Origin: an uncultured bacterium
GTDB lineage: Bacteria; Schekmanbacteria; GWA2-38-11; J061
Length of the DNA stretch: 18,512 nucleotides
Direction: 5' to 3'
Assembly (NCBI GenBank): GCA_964549305.1
Contig: CAZJVM010000010.1
Span: 1-18,512, forward strand
A model generated the notes under the pieces. That model made no database searches, was not told the origin of the DNA, and worked only from the letters and a program-made list of their open reading frames with translations. A program made the position numbers and the translations under genes. Shown one piece after another: positions 1-7,167 of the stretch; positions within the stretch are counted from its first letter, which is position 1, and the number at the start of each line of letters is the position of its first letter.

Positions 1-1
1 T

Positions 2-901
2 GATGAATTTTCACCGAGGTTCGGAATTAACTATCTCATAAAACCCGGCACGAGTCTCAGATTTTCAGTTGGAAGAGCAAGAAGGTTTCCTGAATACGCA
101 AGGCAGTATGGATTTGCACAGAGTGCAGGGAAACTGTTTGGTAATCCCGAGTTAGGTCCGGAGATTAACTGGACATATGAACTTGGTTTTCGTTTTTCCG
201 GTAAATACCTGTCAGGCGATATAGCATATTTTTATGATGATTATTCAGATTTTGAAGTTGCGATTCCTGTTACTATTGCCGGTTATGTCGATGGAGGGGA
301 TTATACTGAAAAAGTTTTTGGAATTCCAAGGTCGCAATATGCTGTACTTGATAAAAACCCTGAACATTCAAGGGCACATTTTTTTGTAAATGGTCCGGAT
401 GTTGTATATCAGGGTTTTGATACCTCTTTTGATATAGCCCCGGTTAAAGACTGGAACATCAACCTTTCATATCTTTTTCAGCGCGGGACTGTAGGCAACA
501 GAAATCCCTTTGATTTCACGCAGGGAACAAATCAGGACTTGTTTCTTGATAAGAATGGGAAAGCAATTGGCCCCATATTTAAGGGTGGAAACAGAATAAT
601 CTATGTTCCGACACATATATTTAAAGTTGATTCTGATTATACCTTTCCATTCGGACTTAGCGTTGCTGTAAACGGAAGATTCAAGAGTAGCGTAAAGTTT
701 GTTACTGCAGTTTATCCGGGGGGCCTATTCAATCAGCCTGAACACTGGATATGGGATTTAAAGGTTTCACAGCCATTGTTTAACGGGAAAGTCAAACTTA
801 ACTTTGCCATAGAGAATGTTTTCAGCAAACTCTATTTTGAAAGCGGCGGAATTCCTTCCAATGTGGCAAGATATACATTTGGAGTTTCGGCGTCTTTTTA
901 A
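2..901 (+). CDS. TonB-dependent outer-membrane receptor, C-terminal beta-barrel fragment (5'-truncated by the window edge)
   Basis: The frame of track ORF 539..901 is open back to position 2: DEFSPRFGINY...RFPEY...GNPELGPEINWTYELG...WDLKVSQ...FAIENVFSKLY...RYTFGVSASF*. The SPR, GNPxLxPE and ENxFxxxY motifs and the C-terminal Phe are typical of TonB-dependent receptors. Confidence 0.9.
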   Translation, partial: DEFSPRFGINYLIKPGTSLRFSVGRARRFPEYARQYGFAQSAGKLFGNPELGPEINWTYELGFRFSGKYLSGDIAYFYDDYSDFEVAIPVTIAGYVDGGDYTEKVFGIPRSQYAVLDKNPEHSRAHFFVNGPDVVYQGFDTSFDIAPVKDWNINLSYLFQRGTVGNRNPFDFTQGTNQDLFLDKNGKAIGPIFKGGNRIIYVPTHIFKVDSDYTFPFGLSVAVNGRFKSSVKFVTAVYPGGLFNQPEHWIWDLKVSQPLFNGKVKLNFAIENVFSKLYFESGGIPSNVARYTFGVSASF

Positions 902-930
902 ATCTGTTTTACATATAGCGGGATTATCTT

Positions 931-957
931 AGGGCGGTTTTTATACCGCCCTTTTTT
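931..957 (+). terminator. Rho-independent terminator after the TonB-dependent receptor
   Basis: Perfect 8-bp stem AGGGCGGT (931-938) / ACCGCCCT (945-952) with a 6-nt loop, followed by a T-run, 30 nt after the stop codon. Confidence 0.85.
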
Positions 958-1036
958 ATTGTTTTTTGTCTTGCTATTATTTTCTTTTGCCCCGGGGCAG
1001 TTCTTCCGAAAAATATATTTTTATATATGCAACGCG

Positions 1037-1094
1037 TTGATTTTTTTAATAATATTTAATATATTGTAATACATATCATAGTTTTGATTATAAT
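1037..1094 (+). promoter_or_regulatory. Candidate sigma70 promoter(s) of the subtilase gene
   Basis: TTGATT (1037-1042)-N17-TATATT (1060-1065), plus a second perfect TATAAT at 1089-1094. The region is very AT-rich, so chance matches are possible. Confidence 0.4.
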
Positions 1095-1124
1095 TTTTCG
1101 GATTAAAGGAATTATTGATAGAGA

Positions 1125-3428
1125 ATGATTTGGAATATAAAGCATAAATCATTGAAAAATAGAGTGAAATTAGTTGCAGTGATTTTTACTGCATTTGTTT
1201 TTTTCCTTCCATCAAATGCTCCTTCGAAAATGAAGATTAACAGGCATTCCGTTTATGTAGATTCAGCGCTTAAAAAAGAGTTTAAAAAATCCGCGATTAA
1301 CAATGTCATCGTAATACTCAAAAATCCGGAATCTACATTGTATTCGGGAGAAATTGAGAAATTGTCTTTCCTTAAACAGAGGGTGTTGCATATTCAGGGG
1401 AAAATTTCCGCCCTCGAGGGTAAGGTCCGGATAAAGAAAATTAAAAAGCCAAATCAGCAAAGGCAAGGTAAACTTTCGGAGAAAGTGGAAAGACTTAAAA
1501 AGAGGAAGAAGAGGTTTTTAACCGACTCCAATCGCATTGAAAAAAACATCAATCATTTCATAGACACAAACAGCATGGAAAAAATTGGAAGGTTGGTATC
1601 CTCTCTTAACAAAAGAGATAAGGGGAAAAAAGACATTTCTCCCGAAAGAATATTCAAAAAAGTTCCTGCTTTAAGCGGAAAGTTGAGCAGGAAGGGATTT
1701 AAAAAGCTTAAAAAAAGCCCTGTGGTTTTTTCAGTTTACAGGAATTACAAAGTCTTTGCCAATCTCGATGTGAGTGCGCCTTTGATAAATTCCGATGCGG
1801 TAAATTCGACGATTTTAAGCTCACAGAATATTGACGGCACGGGACAAACAGTTGCCGTAATCGATTCCGGCGCGGACTACACCCATCAGGCATTGGGTAA
1901 CTGCCAACCGCAACCCTTTATCACAATCAGCGCTGAAGAACCATATAGTCTCGAGTCAAAGCACAATTACATAAATAATTTCGACAAAACCTGGACTATT
2001 ACAAGAACTGGAAGCGTTAATACTGCCCTATATTTTGATAGATTGGAGTTGGAAAAAGGTTACGATTTTCTCTATATAATGGACGGCAATGACAATGTGG
2101 TGCAGAAACTTACCGGCACTTATAACAGCCAATTCTGGAGTCGCTCAGTGCCCGGAGAGGTTATCAAGGTGCGACTCGTGACGGATTACGACATCAGGAT
2201 GTGGGGATTCAGCATTACAAAAATAGCCGACGGATTGACCAATGAAAGTCCTCTTACGGACTGTCTCAAAGTAGTCGGAGGTTATGATTATGTAAGCGAT
2301 GATTATGACCCCTTTGATGACAACGGGCACGGTACCCACGTAAGCGGAATTATTTCCTCAGATGACTCTACTTACAGAGGAGTTGCCCCCGGTTCGAAAA
2401 TAGTGTCTCTCAAAGTCCTCGATAATACGGGAAACGGAGACAGCGCCGATGTTGCTGCTGCCGTTGAATGGTGCGTAAACAATAAGGATATCTACGGCAT
2501 AACCGTTATCAATATGAGTCTTGGTGATAACGGACAATATGCAAGTTCCGCGTTTTGCGACCAGTTTCTCACATCTCAGATGGTAAATCTTGCCGTATCG
2601 AACGGGATTTTCGTTGCGGTAGCATCGGGAAACAACGGATATACGGGCGGAATCACACTGCCTGCGTGCGCGTCGGGAGCAACTTCCGTTGGAGGCGTTT
2701 ACAGCGCTGATTGGGGTTCCCTTTCGTGGAGTTCGGGATGTACCGATTCAACGACTCAGGCTGATAAAATGGTTTGCCATACAAACCGCTCTGACCTTCT
2801 TGACCTTCTCGCGCCGGGCGCCATAATTCAATCAACTGTACCCGGAGGAGCTTACGGACAGAAATCGGGAACTTCAATGGCAACACCTCACGTTGCGGGC
2901 GCCGCCGCTCTCGTTCAGCAGAATGAAGAAATTATAAATGGCTCATCTTTATCGCCTGCGCAGTTGACATCGAGGTTCAAGGCAACAGGTGTTGATGTAA
3001 TTGACAGCACAGGCACGGGCCTTACATTCAAGCGTATTGACACCTACGGCGCTTTGGGATGGACATCCGCCTGCACGGCTTTTACGGAGCTTCAATATCC
3101 TTCCCGGTATTCGCTTCTCGGAACATCATCATGGGATTCGATTATGAAGATTCTCGGAGGAGGAGTAGAGATTACAAATACGGGGACAAGCGATTTTTTT
3201 GAGGCGAGACTGGTTGTTTATGAAATATCCGATCCATCGGTGATTTTGTTCCAGCCCGACGGCTATATGGATGTGACAATAAACGGTGTTAACTATTCCG
3301 GCGCTCCCTATATTTATTACGGAAGACTTGCTTCGGGAGAATCATTTTCCAGGGCATTAAACTTTTATGATCCTCAGATAAAGTTTTTCAGTTTCAAGGC
3401 CGCTGTTTTTTCAAAGGACTGTCCGTAA
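1125..3428 (+). CDS. Secreted S8 (subtilisin-like) serine peptidase with propeptide, inserted CUB-like domain and C-terminal beta-rich domain
   Basis: Signal-peptide-like N-terminus. Catalytic triad motifs VAVIDSG (D247), NGHGTHVSG (H402) and SGTSMATPHVAG (S584), with oxyanion motif ASGNNG. CUB-like segment ESKHNYINN...LELEKGYDFLYIMDG...VRLVTD...GF. Confidence 0.93.
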   Translation: MIWNIKHKSLKNRVKLVAVIFTAFVFFLPSNAPSKMKINRHSVYVDSALKKEFKKSAINNVIVILKNPESTLYSGEIEKLSFLKQRVLHIQGKISALEGKVRIKKIKKPNQQRQGKLSEKVERLKKRKKRFLTDSNRIEKNINHFIDTNSMEKIGRLVSSLNKRDKGKKDISPERIFKKVPALSGKLSRKGFKKLKKSPVVFSVYRNYKVFANLDVSAPLINSDAVNSTILSSQNIDGTGQTVAVIDSGADYTHQALGNCQPQPFITISAEEPYSLESKHNYINNFDKTWTITRTGSVNTALYFDRLELEKGYDFLYIMDGNDNVVQKLTGTYNSQFWSRSVPGEVIKVRLVTDYDIRMWGFSITKIADGLTNESPLTDCLKVVGGYDYVSDDYDPFDDNGHGTHVSGIISSDDSTYRGVAPGSKIVSLKVLDNTGNGDSADVAAAVEWCVNNKDIYGITVINMSLGDNGQYASSAFCDQFLTSQMVNLAVSNGIFVAVASGNNGYTGGITLPACASGATSVGGVYSADWGSLSWSSGCTDSTTQADKMVCHTNRSDLLDLLAPGAIIQSTVPGGAYGQKSGTSMATPHVAGAAALVQQNEEIINGSSLSPAQLTSRFKATGVDVIDSTGTGLTFKRIDTYGALGWTSACTAFTELQYPSRYSLLGTSSWDSIMKILGGGVEITNTGTSDFFEARLVVYEISDPSVILFQPDGYMDVTINGVNYSGAPYIYYGRLASGESFSRALNFYDPQIKFFSFKAAVFSKDCP

Positions 3429-3479
3429 AGTTTTAACTTGCATTTCTCTTCTTTATTTCTTTATATAGCAAGGATTTTT

Positions 3480-3553
3480 GCGCCCGTAGCTCAGCCGGAT
3501 AGAGCAGCAGATTCCGAATCTGCAGGCCGTGCGTTCGAATCGCGCCGGGCGCA
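3480..3553 (+). tRNA. tRNA-Arg (anticodon CCG)
   Basis: Acceptor stem GCGCCCG/CGGGCGC, D-arm GCTC...GAGC, anticodon arm GCAGA-TT CCG AA-TCTGC, T-loop TTCGAAT, discriminator A; no encoded CCA. Confidence 0.96.
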
Positions 3554-3564
3554 TTATTATATGC

Positions 3565-3592
3565 TTGATATTTATTAAAGTCCTGCTATTTT
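3565..3592 (+). promoter_or_regulatory. Candidate promoter directly upstream of tRNA-Val
   Basis: TTGATA (3565-3570)-N16-TATTTT (3587-3592) with an extended -10 TG at 3584-3585, ending 10 nt before the tRNA. Confidence 0.35.
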
Positions 3593-3602
3593 TATAACAT
3601 TT

Positions 3603-3674
3603 GGGCGATTAACTCAGTGGGAGAGTGCTACCTTCACACGGTAGAAGCCACAGGTTCGAACCCTGTATCGCCCA
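3603..3674 (+). tRNA. tRNA-Val (anticodon CAC)
   Basis: Acceptor stem GGGCGAT/ATCGCCC, D-arm ACTC...GAGT, anticodon arm CTACC-TT CAC AC-GGTAG, T-arm ACAGG-TTCGAAC-CCTGT, discriminator A; no encoded CCA. Confidence 0.96.
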
Positions 3675-3861
3675 TTCAATTAAAGAATTATTGAGGTTTT
3701 GCTCATTCTTCGCTCCCTTTAATAAAGACACTTCTGTTTTTAGAGTCCACATAAACTATCCTGATTTATAAAAAAAAGTAGAATTAGGCACAGCGTATTG
3801 TTAAAATAACGGTCTTAAGTATTTAGAAAAATATTTATCTTTTGATTTGAAAAATCCTTTT

Positions 3862-3891
3862 TTGATTTTTTGAAGTATATTCTTTTAGAAT
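3862..3891 (+). promoter_or_regulatory. Candidate sigma70 promoter of the polysaccharide operon
   Basis: TTGATT (3862-3867)-N18-TAGAAT (3886-3891), about 95 nt upstream of the GTG start at 3987. Confidence 0.35.
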
Positions 3892-3986
3892 AAAAAGAGG
3901 GGGGAGATTTATTTCTAAAAGCGGCTTTATGAATTGGCGATAAGTATTTGTTAAATCGAAGAAATATTTCCCGGAGACTTTAAAAA

Positions 3987-4778
3987 GTGTATAAAGAATA
4001 TTATAATCTCGAGGCATCGCCCTTTGATAATGTTCCTGATCCATTTTTTTATTTTCCTTCCTCTTTCCACGAGGCAACTTTGCGCAGGTCTCTTTTTGCA
4101 ATCGAGCAGAGGAAGGGCGCGGTAATGATATGCGGCGAACCGGGTTGCGGGAAAACGCTTCTCATAAGAACGCTTATTCATTCCCTTGACAGCGATAAAT
4201 ACGAAATCGGACTCATCGGCAATCCTTCTCTCGATACGATTGACCTTCAAAGGGAAATTCTCTATCAGATAGGTGTCGAGTCGATTCCCGAAAAAAAGAT
4301 TGATATAATCCATTCGCTAAATGAAAACCTTCTCGATAACTTTAAAAGGGGCAAGGATACCGTTATATTCATCGATGAGGCTCATATAATAAAGGACAGG
4401 GAGATATTCGACGAAATCCGTCTGCTTCTCAATTTTCAGCTCGATGACAGATATCTTCTTACAATAGTGCTTGCGGGACAGCCGGAACTGAGGACAAAGG
4501 TGAGCAGAATTCCGCAGTTGATGCAGAGGATTGCGGTAAAATGCGAGTTAAAACCGTTGAGTTATGATGAGACAGTGGGTTATATTACAATGAGACTTAA
4601 AAAAAGCGGTGCCTCAAGGGGAATCTTTACAAAGGAATCCATTGATGTGATTTATGAAATCAGCGGGGGAGTGCCGAGAGTGATAAACAATATCTGCGAT
4701 TTGGCGCTCTTTACCGGTTATGAAACGAAAAATGAAAGCATAGATTCTTCGCTTATCAATGAAATTTCACAGAGATGA
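3987..4778 (+). CDS. Stand-alone ExeA/GspA-like AAA+ ATPase (AAA_22 type)
   Basis: N-terminal YxxYYxLxxxPFxxxPDPxFF, Walker A GEPGCGKT, Walker B IFIDEAH, then VLAGQPEL, QLMQRI and SGGVPRVINNICDLAL. GTG start with GGAG upstream. No C-terminal TM or peptidoglycan-binding domain. Confidence 0.9.
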   Translation: MYKEYYNLEASPFDNVPDPFFYFPSSFHEATLRRSLFAIEQRKGAVMICGEPGCGKTLLIRTLIHSLDSDKYEIGLIGNPSLDTIDLQREILYQIGVESIPEKKIDIIHSLNENLLDNFKRGKDTVIFIDEAHIIKDREIFDEIRLLLNFQLDDRYLLTIVLAGQPELRTKVSRIPQLMQRIAVKCELKPLSYDETVGYITMRLKKSGASRGIFTKESIDVIYEISGGVPRVINNICDLALFTGYETKNESIDSSLINEISQR

Positions 4779-4793
4779 AAATAGGTGGAATAA

Positions 4794-5996
4794 ATGGTCA
4801 GAGCAAGTGAATTAGTTAACAAGGGCAAAAACATCAAGAATAAGGAAGGCAGGAAGGAAAGAGAAAAGCTGGAAGAGGAAATTTCTCTTGGCACGGACGA
4901 CTGGAATGAAGGTTTGCCCAATGAGAAGAAAGAATCCTTTGCAGGCGATAAACCCCGGGAAAAGAAAAAGGAAAAAGTGCTAAACCTTGAAAAGGATTTT
5001 TTCCCCAAAACAACGGGAGATGAAGAGTTAATCAAAGATGTGGAGTATAAAACACGATATACCGTAAAAACCGATATTCCTGTTGTAGAAAGCAAAGATG
5101 AAGACGAATCGGAAAAGCTTTACAAAGACGCCCTGAATGTTCTCGTTTCCTCCTTGAAACTTTTTCTTGAAAAGGATGAAATAGATATTCACGGCATAGA
5201 AGATGTTGCAGACGAATTTATCAGAAATCTTCAAAACCCTTCGTCCTCTCTCATTGCAAAGGCGTTATTCTATAAATCCGCGTCCTTTAACCTAATTCAA
5301 CATCAGGTGGATGTAGGCGTTTTGAGTCTGAAAGTTGGAATGGCTTTGGGAGTTACCGGCGATAAGTTGAGACAGCTTCTTGTAGGGGCAATGCTTCACG
5401 ATATAGGATTTGCAAAAATTCCCAGAGAAATCATAGAAAAACAGGGAGAGCTTACGGAAAGCGAAATGAAGGAGATAAAAAAGCATCCCGAATACAGCAA
5501 ACAGTATATTCTCGAAGCCTTGGGAGGAGACTACGAATGGCTTGCCGAAATAGTAAATCGCGAGCACGAACGCCTTGACGGAAGCGGATATCCTCACGGT
5601 TTAAACGGAAAGGAGATAGGCATTACCGCTGAAATAATAGGTATTTCGGATATTTACGAAGCGCTTACGCACACAAGGCCTCAACGGGCAAGAATGACTC
5701 CCTTCGATGCCGTCAAACTGCTTATCAACTCATATAAGAATTTATTCTCAAAAGACGTGCTGAAAGCCCTTGTAAGCGAATGGTCTGCCTTTCCTCTTGG
5801 AAGCTATGTGCTTCTAAGTTCGAATAAGGTGGGCAAGGTAATAAATGTAAATCCCCTTAGCCCTCTCAAACCGAAAGTTAAAGTCATTTACGATTCAAAG
5901 GGCAACAAACTGGAAAAAGAAGAAATAATTGACCTTAACAGGGACACGCTTCTTTATATTGTCGCACCTGTATTTTACGAAGACCTTGTGAGTTGA
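4794..5996 (+). CDS. HD-GYP domain protein (c-di-GMP phosphodiesterase class II family), partly degenerate
   Basis: LHDIG, KKHP, EHERLDGSGYPHGL and SDIYEALTHTRP motifs, plus the C-terminal FPLGSYVLLS...NPLSPLKP tail seen in many HD-GYP proteins. About 100 aa of charged N-terminal linker. Confidence 0.88.
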   Translation: MVRASELVNKGKNIKNKEGRKEREKLEEEISLGTDDWNEGLPNEKKESFAGDKPREKKKEKVLNLEKDFFPKTTGDEELIKDVEYKTRYTVKTDIPVVESKDEDESEKLYKDALNVLVSSLKLFLEKDEIDIHGIEDVADEFIRNLQNPSSSLIAKALFYKSASFNLIQHQVDVGVLSLKVGMALGVTGDKLRQLLVGAMLHDIGFAKIPREIIEKQGELTESEMKEIKKHPEYSKQYILEALGGDYEWLAEIVNREHERLDGSGYPHGLNGKEIGITAEIIGISDIYEALTHTRPQRARMTPFDAVKLLINSYKNLFSKDVLKALVSEWSAFPLGSYVLLSSNKVGKVINVNPLSPLKPKVKVIYDSKGNKLEKEEIIDLNRDTLLYIVAPVFYEDLVS

Positions 5997-6045
5997 AGAG
6001 CGCAATTGTTTAAACTTCACAATAAGGGAAGTTTTAAAGGGATGA

Positions 6046-7152
6046 ATGATGGAAAAAAAATTGTTTAGAAGAAAGAAGATTTTATTCTGTCTGGTGTCAA
6101 TATTTGCCGCGTTCCTGTTTTTTTCCTGCTCCCTGAAAAAAGATACGCCTCCTGCTTCGGGTGTAATCAGTCAGAATGATTCCGTCCTTTCAGACATTGA
6201 AACATCTGAATCTGCCGCAAAAGAAATAAATCAAAAAAGCGGTGAAAAGTTAGAATCCCTTTTAAAGCAAAAAGAGCGGGAATATCGTCTTGGTGTAGGA
6301 GACAAAATTATTGTATCAGTGTGGCAGCATCCCGACCTTGGTACCGAAGGAATTGCCGCGGGAAGAGGCGGTGTGCCCGTCGAGGAGAACGGCACCATTT
6401 TTCTTCCCCTCGTTGGCACTTTAAAAGCACAGGGCTTGACTCTTGGTGAGTTAAGAGAAGAAATATCCGATGCCTATGAAAAATATGTAAAAAATCCTCA
6501 GGTAATTGTTTCTGTCCCGGAATATTCAAGCAAGCATTTTTACATTCTTGGCGAAGTGAGAAATGCCGGAGAATATCAGATAAAATATCCCCTGTCTCTT
6601 CGTCAGGTGTTATCCATGGCAGGCGGAATTTCCGCTGTTGCCGACCTCGAAAAGGCGTATGTAATCAGAAATGACAACATCCTTCCGGTAAATTTTAAAC
6701 GCCTTATTGAAGAAGGCGCGGCCAATATGGATATTGAAATTATAAATGATGATTTCATATTCATTCCGAGAAAAGGCGAGGAAAATGTCTATGTCATAGG
6801 TGAAGTGAAATCGCCGGGAATGGTAAAGATGATTGAAGGTAAAATGAATCTCCTTTCCGCAATAGCATCACGGGGGGACTTTACGATTTTCGCCGTAAAA
6901 GAAAATATTAAAATACTGAGAGGACCTCTCAGCAATCCCGAAGTGATAACGGCAGACCTTGGGAACCTTACCGATGAGGCGGAAGAAGGCAAAGTATCCA
7001 ACCCGGAACTTCAACCGGGCGATATCGTGTTTATTCCGGATACCTCTATTGGCAGACTCGACAAGATACTTCAGAAGATTGCTCCTGTTTTAAGGACGAT
7101 AAACGAAGGGCTTCAGCCTTTTTATATCTATGACCTGATTAGAAACAGGTAA
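6046..7152 (+). CDS. wza: Polysaccharide export outer-membrane lipoprotein (Wza/OPX family)
   Basis: Lipoprotein signal ending FFSC, Poly_export motif EYRLGVGDKI...NGTIFLPLVG...AQGLT, two SLBB-like repeats (YILGEV, YVIGEV, LQPGDIVFIP) and a C-terminal amphipathic helix. Confidence 0.9.
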   Translation: MMEKKLFRRKKILFCLVSIFAAFLFFSCSLKKDTPPASGVISQNDSVLSDIETSESAAKEINQKSGEKLESLLKQKEREYRLGVGDKIIVSVWQHPDLGTEGIAAGRGGVPVEENGTIFLPLVGTLKAQGLTLGELREEISDAYEKYVKNPQVIVSVPEYSSKHFYILGEVRNAGEYQIKYPLSLRQVLSMAGGISAVADLEKAYVIRNDNILPVNFKRLIEEGAANMDIEIINDDFIFIPRKGEENVYVIGEVKSPGMVKMIEGKMNLLSAIASRGDFTIFAVKENIKILRGPLSNPEVITADLGNLTDEAEEGKVSNPELQPGDIVFIPDTSIGRLDKILQKIAPVLRTINEGLQPFYIYDLIRNR

Positions 7153-7167
7153 AAACGGAACTACTTT

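Noticed and set aside
539-901. 120-aa ORF as an independent small protein
   Set aside because: The frame is open from position 2; this is the tail of the TonB-dependent receptor and the TTG is an internal Leu.
3785-3802. Possible sigma54 promoter (AGGCAC...TTGT), and likewise TGGCGA...TTGT at ~3935
   Set aside because: Neither satisfies the strict GG-N10-GC spacing.
3930-3950. Possible ops/JUMPstart element before the polysaccharide operon
   Set aside because: GGCGATAAG does not match GGCGGTAG well enough.
3675-3986. CRISPR array, riboswitch or mobile-element end in the AT-rich intergenic region
   Set aside because: No regularly spaced repeats, no recognisable riboswitch consensus, and no transposase or integrase in the window.
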